This document shows positions 11,668 to 20,417 of a stretch of 64,000 nt of DNA, piece by piece; the stretch's first letter is position 1, and every line of letters starts with the position of its first letter. The notes beneath the pieces were generated by a model. The model did no database searches, was not told the DNA's origin, and saw nothing but the letters and a program-made list of their open reading frames with translations. Where the stretch lies: positions 20,874-84,873 of the forward strand of contig JAISBU010000027.1 in assembly GCA_031266015.1 (NCBI GenBank), in the 5' to 3' direction. Both the position numbers and the translations under genes were made by a program. The DNA is from Prevotellaceae bacterium (GTDB lineage Bacteria > Bacteroidota > Bacteroidia > Bacteroidales > UBA932).

Positions 11668-12846
11668 ATGGTACAGCAAAAAATGCTAACTCCTAAAGAG
11701 GTGCGTTTCTTTTTGCATTTCATAGTTGCGGCCATTGTGCATATGCAGGCACAGGCAGCAGATATAAAGATACGTTTCGGGCAAAAAGAAGCCGTTGTTG
11801 CCGTAGAGCAGCTAACGCTTAGCTGCGCTAACAACACGCTTGCCGTAGGTGACGCCCTTACGCTAACGCCTACCCTGCTACCTGCCTCTGCCACCAACCA
11901 GACGGTAACGTGGAGCAGCAGCGATACCACTATAGCTACGGTGAGTAATGGAAAAATAACCGCGCGCGCTGCCGGTACGGCTACCATTACCGCCACAAAC
12001 AAGGCGGTAGCGTGGACAGCTAGCAATGCCGCCGTGAACACTTTCATTATTCGCAAAAATGGCGCCATAATTCCAAGTGAAGTTATACTCTACACCGCAG
12101 ACACGGCTATTGTTCTAAGCTGCGACAATGACTATATCCTTGCCACCATAGAGGGCAGCGACAGAACCGCCACCTGTACCGTAACGGTAACGCTGCTGCC
12201 TGTTGCTACTCCCGCCCCCGAAGGCTCAATGGCGCTTGGCAGCCTCATGTGGGCTTCGGTTAACGTGGACGATCCCGGGAAATTTGCCGCAAGGCCCGAC
12301 ATGTACACGAAATTTTACCAGTGGAACCAGCCTGATAAGGCCTGGCCTGCCACCGGCGCTATTGACGAGACATGGCGGACGGCGACTACCCATTCTTATA
12401 TTAACGCTACCACGTGGACAAACGGCAGTCCCTGCCCTCCTGGGTGGCGGTTGCCTACAAGGGGTGAGTATGAGGCCTTGGATGCCCAGGGCGGCGACCT
12501 TCCTGGCAATAAAGGCGGCAGATGGGCGGCTGCCAGTAGTCCTTCGACTTGCGGGACCAACAAAGATCAGCCTTGCGGCAACGCCGTTGCGGGGCGCTTT
12601 TACGGTAAAAATTTTGCCACCTGCTCGCTTCCCGACAACATGGTCGGCTGTGTCTTCTTCCCTGCTTCGGGCTACCGTAACAACACCACTGGAGCGCTCA
12701 ACAACCAGGGCGCGCTCGGGTACGGCTGGAGCAGTACGCAGTATAGCGCTCCTAACGGTTACAACCTGCGCTTCCTCAGTACGGAGAGTAACCCGGCCCT
12801 CGTCGCCAATAAGGCGAACGGCCTCCCCGTTCGCTGCGTCCAATAA
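11668..12846 (+). CDS. secreted protein: Ig-like (Big_2) domain plus C-terminal Fibrobacter-succinogenes-major-paralogous (FISUMP) domain
   Basis: 392 aa; signal peptide; ..VTWSSSDTTIATVSNGKITA.. (Big_2); C-terminus FYQWN..GWRLPT..E..L...GYR...G..GYGWSS...VRCV (FISUMP pattern). Confidence 0.85.
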   Translation: MVQQKMLTPKEVRFFLHFIVAAIVHMQAQAADIKIRFGQKEAVVAVEQLTLSCANNTLAVGDALTLTPTLLPASATNQTVTWSSSDTTIATVSNGKITARAAGTATITATNKAVAWTASNAAVNTFIIRKNGAIIPSEVILYTADTAIVLSCDNDYILATIEGSDRTATCTVTVTLLPVATPAPEGSMALGSLMWASVNVDDPGKFAARPDMYTKFYQWNQPDKAWPATGAIDETWRTATTHSYINATTWTNGSPCPPGWRLPTRGEYEALDAQGGDLPGNKGGRWAAASSPSTCGTNKDQPCGNAVAGRFYGKNFATCSLPDNMVGCVFFPASGYRNNTTGALNNQGALGYGWSSTQYSAPNGYNLRFLSTESNPALVANKANGLPVRCVQ

Positions 12847-12856
12847 ATTTTCGAGG

Positions 12857-12877
12857 CCTCCGCAGCGAGAGCGGAGG
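12857..12877 (+). terminator. GC hairpin after the FISUMP gene (no T tract)
   Basis: cctccgc agcgaga gcggagg. Confidence 0.35.
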
Positions 12878-13012
12878 AGAGAAGCCCGAAACGTTGCTCC
12901 TCCAGCTTGAGGAATAGCTCATAACGCTTGTCAGGAACCATTAGTGGCTCGTTGAAAACGTCGCGCCTAAAATAAATATGGCGTTTTACTAGGAATCGCC
13001 TAAAATGTTTGC

Positions 13013-13020
13013 TATCTTTG
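13013..13020 (+). promoter_or_regulatory. -7 box TATCTTTG
   Basis: TAnnTTTG, 29 nt upstream of the GTG at 13049. Confidence 0.4.
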
Positions 13021-13048
13021 TCAACTTTTTTATTTTTGGCGAATTATT

Positions 13049-13423
13049 GTGAAAGGTAAATTACTCATAGCGGCGGTAGTTGCTGCGTTGTCAGCATTTT
13101 TTACGCCGACAACGGCTGTTGCATCGTGCTCGGTTGCGAGCTATGATGACGCTATGTTTTGCGATTTTTCCAGCGCGAGTGAGGTCAGCGCCGGATTTAT
13201 TGCATACAGAGAATCTTCTGCTGTCAACTTTTTCACGGGAGAGCGCTTAAGACTTTATTCTTCGGACGGTGTAAAAACCCTTGAAAAGCTGTTTAAGCAA
13301 AGAATTTTTGCCGCCTCTAATTCCCAGCTGGAACATGCCGCCAACTGCTACCTCGTAGCTTCCTCCCTTTCTTTAGAAAATCTTTTCTCAAACCTAAGCC
13401 GGTTGCACAGGTTGAACATCTGA
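13049..13423 (+). CDS. hypothetical small secreted protein (GTG start)
   Basis: 124-aa ORF with signal-peptide-like N-terminus; promoter box upstream; no recognisable family. Confidence 0.45.
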   Translation: MKGKLLIAAVVAALSAFFTPTTAVASCSVASYDDAMFCDFSSASEVSAGFIAYRESSAVNFFTGERLRLYSSDGVKTLEKLFKQRIFAASNSQLEHAANCYLVASSLSLENLFSNLSRLHRLNI

Positions 13424-13554
13424 TTTTTGCGTTCACTTCCCGGAATTGCCTGGCGCTTTTCGTATTGCCCGGCTATGAATCAAAATCAATCATCAACCCT
13501 GTTTGATTGTCTTTATGCCTTTGCATAGCCGACCAAACAGCAAAATGTTTTACC

Positions 13555-13872
13555 ATGTTACATGTTTTTATAGCAACCCTGCTTATCATGGTTGCCACCT
13601 TTTTGGTGGGACTTGCCACCGCGTGGCTTATTCGTGTTGTAGCCGATGTGCTTTACTATGCAGAGCATCGTTCTCTTAAGCAGGACGTTAAAACTCGGGT
13701 TCGCTTGATGCACTTACAGGATATCCGTCGCAAAAGAATTATGAGGCAGCTGGTGTCAAGCAGCTTGTTCGATACCGACATGTTCGACTTTTCCAACAGT
13801 AAGGAGTATAAGCACAAAACCAGCTATTCGCCCGAAAGTGAGCTAATCAAATTCTTCTATGGAAACAATTGA
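13555..13872 (+). CDS. small single-pass membrane protein, translationally coupled to the decarboxylase beta subunit (possible OadG-like anchor)
   Basis: ATG at 13555 (MLHVFIATLLIMVATFLVGLATAWLI..); 14-nt overlap with the next gene; the longest ORF starts at 13507. Confidence 0.55.
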   Translation: MLHVFIATLLIMVATFLVGLATAWLIRVVADVLYYAEHRSLKQDVKTRVRLMHLQDIRRKRIMRQLVSSSLFDTDMFDFSNSKEYKHKTSYSPESELIKFFYGNN

Positions 13873-15082
13873 CGTTGGCAATATTTTTCAGGGAATTTCA
13901 ACGCTGGCACGGTCCGATAGCGCCATTATAGTAGCGCGTATAGGGTTGATTTTTCTTGGAATACTGTTGGTATATCTTGGACGCAAGGGTGTTCTAGAGC
14001 CTTTGGTAATGATTCCTATGGGCTTGGGGATGGCGGCTATTAACGCGGGGGTGCTGTTTATGCCGGACGGTACGCAGGGGAATCTTTTTGTAGATCCCAT
14101 GGCCAGCGATCCGGTAAAGCTCATCGATATTATGCAGATTAACTTCCTGCAACCGTTGTATACGCTTATGTTCAGCAATGGGCTTATTGCCTGTTTTATT
14201 TTTATGGGGATCGGCGTGCTGCTGGATGTGGGATTTCTGTTGCAGCGTCCGTTTACCAGCATGTTTATAGCGCTGTGCGCAGAGCTGGGTACTTTTCTGG
14301 TACTCCCTATTGCTCACGCCATGGGGTTAAGCCTGCGCGATAGCGCTTCTATTGCTATGGTGGGTGGCGCCGACGGGCCAATGGTATTGTTTACTTCGCT
14401 TTCCTTATCAAAAGAGCTGTTTGTGCCGATTACGGTGGTGGCGTACTTGTACCTGGGGCTTGCCTATGGCGGCTATCCGTACCTTGTACGGCTGATGGTG
14501 CCAAAGAGGTTTCGTGCTATTAAGATGACGCACGCCAAACCTAAAAAGCAGTATAGCCCGGCTACCAAGCTCACGTTTGCGGTGATAATGTGCGTTGTAC
14601 TTTGCCTGCTGTTTCCCGTTGCGGCTCCTTTGTTTTTCTCTCTGTTTATTGGAGTAGCCATTCGCGAGTCGGGGATGCAGCACCTCATAGATTTTATTGG
14701 CGGGCCGCTGCTTTACGGTTCAACATTTATGCTCGGTATACTACTGGGTGTGCTGTGCGAGGCACACCTACTGCTTGATCCTAAGATACTTGTGCTTTTA
14801 GTGTTGGGAATTTTAGCCTTGCTGATATCCGGTATTGGAGGCATACTGGGAGGCTACGCTATGTACTTTATTACCAAGGGTAACTTTAACCCGGTAATTG
14901 GTATTGCGGGCGTGAGCTGTGTGCCAACAACGGCGAAGGTGGCTCAAAAAATAGTAGGAAAGGATAACCCTTCCTCTATGATTTTGCCGGAGGCGCTGGG
15001 TGCGAACATTTCGGGGGTAATAACTACGGCTATTATTACGGGCTTGTACATTACCATTATCCCGATGCTGGAGAATTTATAG
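13859..15082 (+). CDS. sodium-ion-translocating decarboxylase beta subunit (OadB/MmdB/GcdB family)
   Basis: 407 aa polytopic protein; N-terminus ...IVARIGLIFLGILLVYLGRKGVLEPLVMIPMGLGM.. typical of the family. Confidence 0.92.
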   Translation: METIDVGNIFQGISTLARSDSAIIVARIGLIFLGILLVYLGRKGVLEPLVMIPMGLGMAAINAGVLFMPDGTQGNLFVDPMASDPVKLIDIMQINFLQPLYTLMFSNGLIACFIFMGIGVLLDVGFLLQRPFTSMFIALCAELGTFLVLPIAHAMGLSLRDSASIAMVGGADGPMVLFTSLSLSKELFVPITVVAYLYLGLAYGGYPYLVRLMVPKRFRAIKMTHAKPKKQYSPATKLTFAVIMCVVLCLLFPVAAPLFFSLFIGVAIRESGMQHLIDFIGGPLLYGSTFMLGILLGVLCEAHLLLDPKILVLLVLGILALLISGIGGILGGYAMYFITKGNFNPVIGIAGVSCVPTTAKVAQKIVGKDNPSSMILPEALGANISGVITTAIITGLYITIIPMLENL

Positions 15083-15154
15083 AAAATAAAGCGGGAGCGC
15101 AGGATAAATAATTGATGCCGTAATGAACTTTTGTTTAGACAAGAATGATGAGGG

Positions 15155-16165
15155 CTACACTACGTTGACCTCCATTTCCAACTCTATACCGAATTTGTTT
15201 TTTACGGTAGCAATTATTTCATGAGTTAGCTGTAAGACCTGCTCTCCCGTTCCTCCGCCGTAATTTACCAATACTAAGGCCTGCTTTGGATGCACGCCAA
15301 CATTTCCTCTGCGTATACCTTTAAATCCGCATTGTTCTACCAGCCATCCTGCGGGAATTTTTGACCCCTCATTGCTGTTGTAGCGAGGCATGGTGGGATG
15401 CTGCGCTTGCAGCTCATCCGCCTTGGCTGTTGCTACAACAGGATTTTTGAAGAAGCTGCCTGCGTTGCCAGCTTCCTTTGGATCAGGCAGCTTGCTTTGC
15501 CTGATGTTAGTAACCGCTTGTCGCAGGTTGCGTAGATTTACTTCCGTAAAATTTTTCAGCTCCTCATTTATATTTCCGTAGCAGGTGTTGAAGCTGGCCG
15601 TTTTACTCAGCTGGTAGGTTACATGGGTAATTATGACTTTACCCTTCATTGCGCGCTTGAAAATGCTGTCACGGTAACCGAATTCACACTGAGCGTTGCC
15701 GTAGGTTTCCAGCGTTTTGTTTTCCAGGTTCAAAAATTCAACGCTATAAATGCTGTCCTTGGCCTCTACTCCGTAAGCGCCAATATTTTGCACCGGGCTG
15801 GCGCCAACATTTCCGGGAATGAGCGATAAATTCTCGAGACCATAGTATTCGTTTGCAACACAATGCTCCACAAGAGAATCCCACTCTACGCCGGCTCCTG
15901 CGCGAACAAAAACATGTTCGGAGGTTTCGGCTGTTTTTTCAATACCTGCTATCAGGGGTTGCACCAGGCAACCTTCAAAATCTTTGGTAAACAGTAGATT
16001 GCTGCCGCCGCCCATAACTAACCGCTCGTTGTTGTTAAATATCTCATTGTTAACTATTTGCAGTAACTCTTCCAAGCTCTTAGGTTGGGCAAAGTAACGA
16101 GCGTAAACGTCAAAACCAAAGGTATTTAGATGTTTTAGTGAGAAATTTTTTGCGAATTGCGACAT
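15155..16165 (-). CDS. murB: UDP-N-acetylenolpyruvoylglucosamine reductase
   Basis: 336 aa; FAD-binding GGGSNLLF; C-terminal MurB domain. Confidence 0.94.
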   Translation of the reverse strand: MSQFAKNFSLKHLNTFGFDVYARYFAQPKSLEELLQIVNNEIFNNNERLVMGGGSNLLFTKDFEGCLVQPLIAGIEKTAETSEHVFVRAGAGVEWDSLVEHCVANEYYGLENLSLIPGNVGASPVQNIGAYGVEAKDSIYSVEFLNLENKTLETYGNAQCEFGYRDSIFKRAMKGKVIITHVTYQLSKTASFNTCYGNINEELKNFTEVNLRNLRQAVTNIRQSKLPDPKEAGNAGSFFKNPVVATAKADELQAQHPTMPRYNSNEGSKIPAGWLVEQCGFKGIRRGNVGVHPKQALVLVNYGGGTGEQVLQLTHEIIATVKNKFGIELEMEVNVV

Positions 16166-16245
16166 GGGTAACTTTGACGTTTAACTATCTATTTGACAAT
16201 GAGAATTATGTAATTTTTGTTCTTTGAAATTTTTTAAATAAGATG

Positions 16246-16253
16246 CAAAAATA
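16246..16253 (-). promoter_or_regulatory. -7 box TATTTTTG (minus strand) upstream of murB
   Basis: CAAAAATA on the plus strand, ~80 nt upstream of the ATG at 16165. Confidence 0.35.
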
Positions 16254-16307
16254 AGAAAATCTCCGTTATTCCTATGTCACATTCTTTTTAAAATGTGTAG
16301 ATTTTGT

Positions 16308-16315
16308 TAACTTTG
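16308..16315 (+). promoter_or_regulatory. -7 box TAACTTTG only 9 nt before the ATG at 16324
   Basis: TAnnTTTG match. Confidence 0.4.
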
Positions 16316-16323
16316 TGTGATGT

Positions 16324-19095
16324 ATGGCGAATAACGGCTTACATAATTGTGGTTGGGCTTCACTTGTGTGGGGGCTATTGATTTGCTTACTGTCGAGCGG
16401 GACGTTGTATGCACAATCTTCCAACTGGAAAAAGGCCCAACGGTTGCTGAGTGACTATAGCGATTATGAGGGCGCTATAGAGTTGTACAAGAAGGATTTA
16501 GATAAAAAGCCAAGCGTTGAATCCAGCTTGGGCATGGCAAATTGTTACCGTGATTTAAATAATCCGGCTGAAGCGGAACTCTGGTACCGTAAGGCATTGG
16601 AGTTTGCCAACTGCGATCCCGTTGCGCATTTGTATTTGGCCGAAATGCTGCTCAACAGGGGGGAGTACGATGAGGCCCGAGACCATTTGCTGGAGTATAA
16701 AGCTACCCCTCATGCCAGCCCCTACGCCGTGCAAAAACTTTTGGCCATTTGCGATACCGGTTACTACTGGACGCAGGAGGCTATTCCCGGCACGCTCAAA
16801 AATGAAGCTTCGCTTAACTCTCCGCGCGATGATTGGGGCCCCGCCCCGTATCGTGACGGGATTATCTTTAATACAAAGCATACGGTGGATATGCCCTCGC
16901 CCTACGAGCTTGACGACCGCCACTTCTTACGTACTACTACAGCCAAATTTGATACCGAGAACGGTGGTTTTACGGATATCAAAGCGTTTGGTCGTCCTAT
17001 AAACGGTAACTTCCACGCCGGCCCTGCCACTTTTTTCAAGGACGACAGCTACATTGTTTTTGTGCGTACCATTGCTAATCCCGACTTACCAAGAGGCGGC
17101 AGAATTATGGCAAAAAATAATCCGGGAATATTCATGTCAGAGCGCATGCGTGATGGCTCTTTCGGCGATATAATTGCATTTCCTTACAACGATATCATAC
17201 AGTACGGCACAGGCGCGCCCTACCTTTCGGCCAACGACCATGTGCTTTACTTTGCCTCTAACTGTCCCGGTGGTTACGGTGGATATGATATTTACTACAG
17301 CGTACGCAGGCCTGATTTTACCTGGGGAGACCCCGTAAACTGCGGGCCTGCGATCAATACATCGGGAGATGAGCTGTTTCCTGTAGTAGGTAGCGATGGC
17401 AACTTTTACTTTTCTGCCAATGGACGTCCCGGCATGGGAGGTTTGGATATTTTTGTAACCAAAGGCTCTCAAAACTCTTGGCAAACTCCGGTAAACATGG
17501 GCTATCCGATCAATAGCGGCGCCGATGATTACTATCCGATGATTTTGTCGGGAGATAAAATTTTGTTCTCGTCCAACCGCGCGGGAGGTTTGGGTGGTAG
17601 CGATATTTACTCGTTTACCTACGATAGAACGCAAGCCCCAGCTTACCGCACAGAGCGTGCCACGCTGGTTGCAGAGCAGGCTGAGGCTGAAAGCTTGTCG
17701 GCAGAAGAAACAGGGCTGGATGCTGCTGTTGAGGAAGAACCGGATCCGCAGGTACCTGTATATGACGAGCCCTATCCTACCATCAATACAAGCAAACCAT
17801 CACAAGCCTTTGTTCCGAGCGCTACACCGGCTGTAGATCAAAGCAATACTCCCGGAATAGAAGCGCAGTCTAAGCAAAAGGCCGATCCTAAGCTAAAGCG
17901 TGATAAGCAGGAGGTTAAGCTTAGCGAACTTTCTGTAGCCTACGAGGAGCCTGCCGTAGAGGATGACCAGGAGGATATTGGCATGGAAGAAGTATCCGCA
18001 ACTTCAGCTGAACAAGGCGAAGAGGATGCAAAGGAGGATGCTGCTGAGGAAGCGGAAGAGCAAAAACTCTTGGATGATGATCAGCGTAAAGCCGGGGAAC
18101 ATAAAGTAGTGGAAGAGCAACGAAAACTTGACGAGCAACATAGGGCGGAAGAGCAAAAAAAGGCCGAGAGAGAGGCTCAACGTGAAGAGAAGGTGCAACC
18201 TGCAACGGTTACTGTTGCTACCCCAACTCCTGCTCCTGTTGCTGTACAACAACCACAAACGGTTGAGGAACAAGGGTGGCTTGCACTGAACATTGAAACT
18301 GTTGATAAACATACTCGTACGGCGCTGGCAAATACACAGCTGCGCATGGTTGACGATGGAACAGGTAAATCAGTTCGTTTCCGTACAGATGCTAGGGGAA
18401 CATTGGTTATAGAGATTATGGTAGGCGTACCCTACACGCTATCGGCCTCCCGTCCGTCATACGGAAATGCGGCTATCAGCTTCACCATTACAAGCGCAAG
18501 TAAGAAAATTATTGCAAGGTTGGGATTGGAGCCGCTATACTTGAATCGTGATATTCGTATACCGAACTTGTACTACGATGTTGATAGCTGGGCAGTGAAG
18601 GCAACAGCCGAAGAGGAGTTGGATAAGCTGGTGGCCATTCTGAATAGCAATCCACGCTTGCAGGTAGATATAAAATCGTACGCCAACGATAAGGTAAAGG
18701 CTACGGATAACGTAGAGCTGTCGCACCGTAGAGCCCGGGCTATATACAACTATTTGGCATACAAAGGTGTTGAGGAAGACCGTATCACGGCTAAGGGATA
18801 TGGCACGTATACGCCTGCCGATGGGGCTGAGCAGCGCTATCGTGTAACTTACCGCCTGTACTCAGAAGGCAGTACATCAGCTTCTGTGGCTAAAAAATCA
18901 ACAAGCTCATCGGCGGCTAAAAAGGCTATCACTACAAGCAGACCATCTTCGACCGCCACTACCAAGAAAGTAACCACGCCTGCACCGGTAAAGAGTACAG
19001 CTCCTACCGCTACACAAAAGAAGCGGAAGGAGTTTACAGGAAAGGATGACCCTGAGAAGAATGCTCCGGCAGAATTTTCAGTGCAAGGTCGATAG
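16324..19095 (+). CDS. PorE-like outer-membrane-associated protein (TPR + PD40/beta-propeller + CarboxypepD_reg-like + OmpA_C-like) with acidic insert and basic S/T/K tail
   Basis: 923 aa; paralogue of 30169..32169; E/K/Q-rich segment at ~aa 440-640; OmpA-like ..LSHRRARAIYNYL.. Confidence 0.85.
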   Translation: MANNGLHNCGWASLVWGLLICLLSSGTLYAQSSNWKKAQRLLSDYSDYEGAIELYKKDLDKKPSVESSLGMANCYRDLNNPAEAELWYRKALEFANCDPVAHLYLAEMLLNRGEYDEARDHLLEYKATPHASPYAVQKLLAICDTGYYWTQEAIPGTLKNEASLNSPRDDWGPAPYRDGIIFNTKHTVDMPSPYELDDRHFLRTTTAKFDTENGGFTDIKAFGRPINGNFHAGPATFFKDDSYIVFVRTIANPDLPRGGRIMAKNNPGIFMSERMRDGSFGDIIAFPYNDIIQYGTGAPYLSANDHVLYFASNCPGGYGGYDIYYSVRRPDFTWGDPVNCGPAINTSGDELFPVVGSDGNFYFSANGRPGMGGLDIFVTKGSQNSWQTPVNMGYPINSGADDYYPMILSGDKILFSSNRAGGLGGSDIYSFTYDRTQAPAYRTERATLVAEQAEAESLSAEETGLDAAVEEEPDPQVPVYDEPYPTINTSKPSQAFVPSATPAVDQSNTPGIEAQSKQKADPKLKRDKQEVKLSELSVAYEEPAVEDDQEDIGMEEVSATSAEQGEEDAKEDAAEEAEEQKLLDDDQRKAGEHKVVEEQRKLDEQHRAEEQKKAEREAQREEKVQPATVTVATPTPAPVAVQQPQTVEEQGWLALNIETVDKHTRTALANTQLRMVDDGTGKSVRFRTDARGTLVIEIMVGVPYTLSASRPSYGNAAISFTITSASKKIIARLGLEPLYLNRDIRIPNLYYDVDSWAVKATAEEELDKLVAILNSNPRLQVDIKSYANDKVKATDNVELSHRRARAIYNYLAYKGVEEDRITAKGYGTYTPADGAEQRYRVTYRLYSEGSTSASVAKKSTSSSAAKKAITTSRPSSTATTKKVTTPAPVKSTAPTATQKKRKEFTGKDDPEKNAPAEFSVQGR

Positions 19096-19105
19096 CGTAA
19101 AAACT

Positions 19106-20296
19106 ATGCATACAGCATCATTACGGCAGCTGTTCCTGCAGCATGTAGCGCAAACCTCCAGTGCACCGATGGCATTGGAGGTTTTGCGTGCCGAGGGTAT
19201 TTACCTGTACCTGGCAGATGGCCGTAGGTTTATAGATTTAGTTTCGGGAGTTTCGGTGAGCGCGGTTGGACACTGCCATCCTAAGGTGGTGGAGGCCGTC
19301 AAGCGTCAGGCGGAGCAGTACATGCACCTTATGGTGTACGGCGAGTATGTACAGAGCCCGCAGGTGATGTTGGCGCAGAGGCTGGCTGAATTATTGCCGC
19401 AAAATCTTTCCAGCGTTTACTTTGTGAACTCAGGCAGCGAGGCCAACGAGGGAGCCATGAAGCTGGCCAAGCGCTACTCGGGGCGTACCGAAATGGTGGC
19501 CTTTAAAAAGGCTTATCACGGAAGTACTCAGGGTGTGCTCAGCTTAATGGGAGATGAGCATTACAAGCGTAATTTCAGGCCATTGCTGCCCGATGTGCGA
19601 ATGCTGGAGTTCAATAATGTTGAGCAGCTGCAACAAATAACATCGTGCACCGCCTGTGTGCTAGTGGAACCCATACAGGCCGAGGCGGGAGTGGCACTTC
19701 CCCAACACGATTTTTTGAAGCGCTTGCGCAAACGTTGTACAGGGGTTGGCGCCCTGCTTATTTTTGACGAAGTGCAAACCGGCGTTGGCCGTACGGGTAG
19801 CATGTTTGCCTTCGAACAATTTGGCGTGGTGCCCGATGTACTTACCCTGGCCAAGGCCTTTGGTGGGGGGATGCCCCTGGGCGCATTTATCTCCTCAAAA
19901 GAAATTATGAGCAGCTTGACGCATAACCCGGCGCTGGGCCATATTACCACCTTTGGCGGGCATCCTGTTTCTTGCGCTGCGGCGTTGGCGGCGCTTGATG
20001 TTATAGAGAGTGAGCGCCTGCTGGCGCAGGTCCATGCAAAATCCGAGCGCTTCAAGGCATCCATGCTTTTGAATCCTAAAGTAAAAGAAGTGCGGGGGCG
20101 GGGGCTGCTGCTGGCGGTAGAGCTACTTGACACAGACTTGCTGCAACGGTTTTTTAAGCGGACACTGGAAAAAGGCCTTGCACTGGATTGGTTTTTGCAC
20201 TGCAACACCGCCTTTAGAATTGCCCCTCCGCTCACCATTACCGAGCAGGAAGTTGATGAGGCCTGCCGCCTGCTGCACAAGTGCCTGGATAGCTAA
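19106..20296 (+). CDS. class III PLP-dependent aminotransferase (acetylornithine/ornithine aminotransferase-like)
   Basis: ..NSGSEANEGAMKLA.. and ..DEVQTGVGRTG..LAKAFGGG.. motifs; start moved to the ATG at 19106 past the upstream stop. Confidence 0.9.
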   Translation: MHTASLRQLFLQHVAQTSSAPMALEVLRAEGIYLYLADGRRFIDLVSGVSVSAVGHCHPKVVEAVKRQAEQYMHLMVYGEYVQSPQVMLAQRLAELLPQNLSSVYFVNSGSEANEGAMKLAKRYSGRTEMVAFKKAYHGSTQGVLSLMGDEHYKRNFRPLLPDVRMLEFNNVEQLQQITSCTACVLVEPIQAEAGVALPQHDFLKRLRKRCTGVGALLIFDEVQTGVGRTGSMFAFEQFGVVPDVLTLAKAFGGGMPLGAFISSKEIMSSLTHNPALGHITTFGGHPVSCAAALAALDVIESERLLAQVHAKSERFKASMLLNPKVKEVRGRGLLLAVELLDTDLLQRFFKRTLEKGLALDWFLHCNTAFRIAPPLTITEQEVDEACRLLHKCLDS

Positions 20297-20417
20297 AGCC
20301 CAGGGCAAATAACGGTGCGCCGTGCTGCAAGGATAAACGACTCATTACCTGCGTAATAACCTGCATGGCGTTGCAAAGACATTCTTTACGGCATTTAAGC
20401 TTTTTTTAGGATAAGAT

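Noticed and set aside
11625-12068. 147-aa minus-strand ORF
   Set aside because: It is antisense to the 5' half of the Big_2/FISUMP gene and spans its promoter. The hydrophobic translation is an artefact of the Ala/Thr-rich sense frame.
12203-12910. 235-aa plus-strand and 205-aa minus-strand (12226-12843) ORFs
   Set aside because: These are alternative frames of the GC-rich 3' half of the FISUMP gene. The annotated frame carries the recognisable domain motifs.
19561-20280. 239-aa minus-strand ORF
   Set aside because: It is antisense to the class III aminotransferase. The sequence is Ser/Arg-rich and low in complexity, with no start context.
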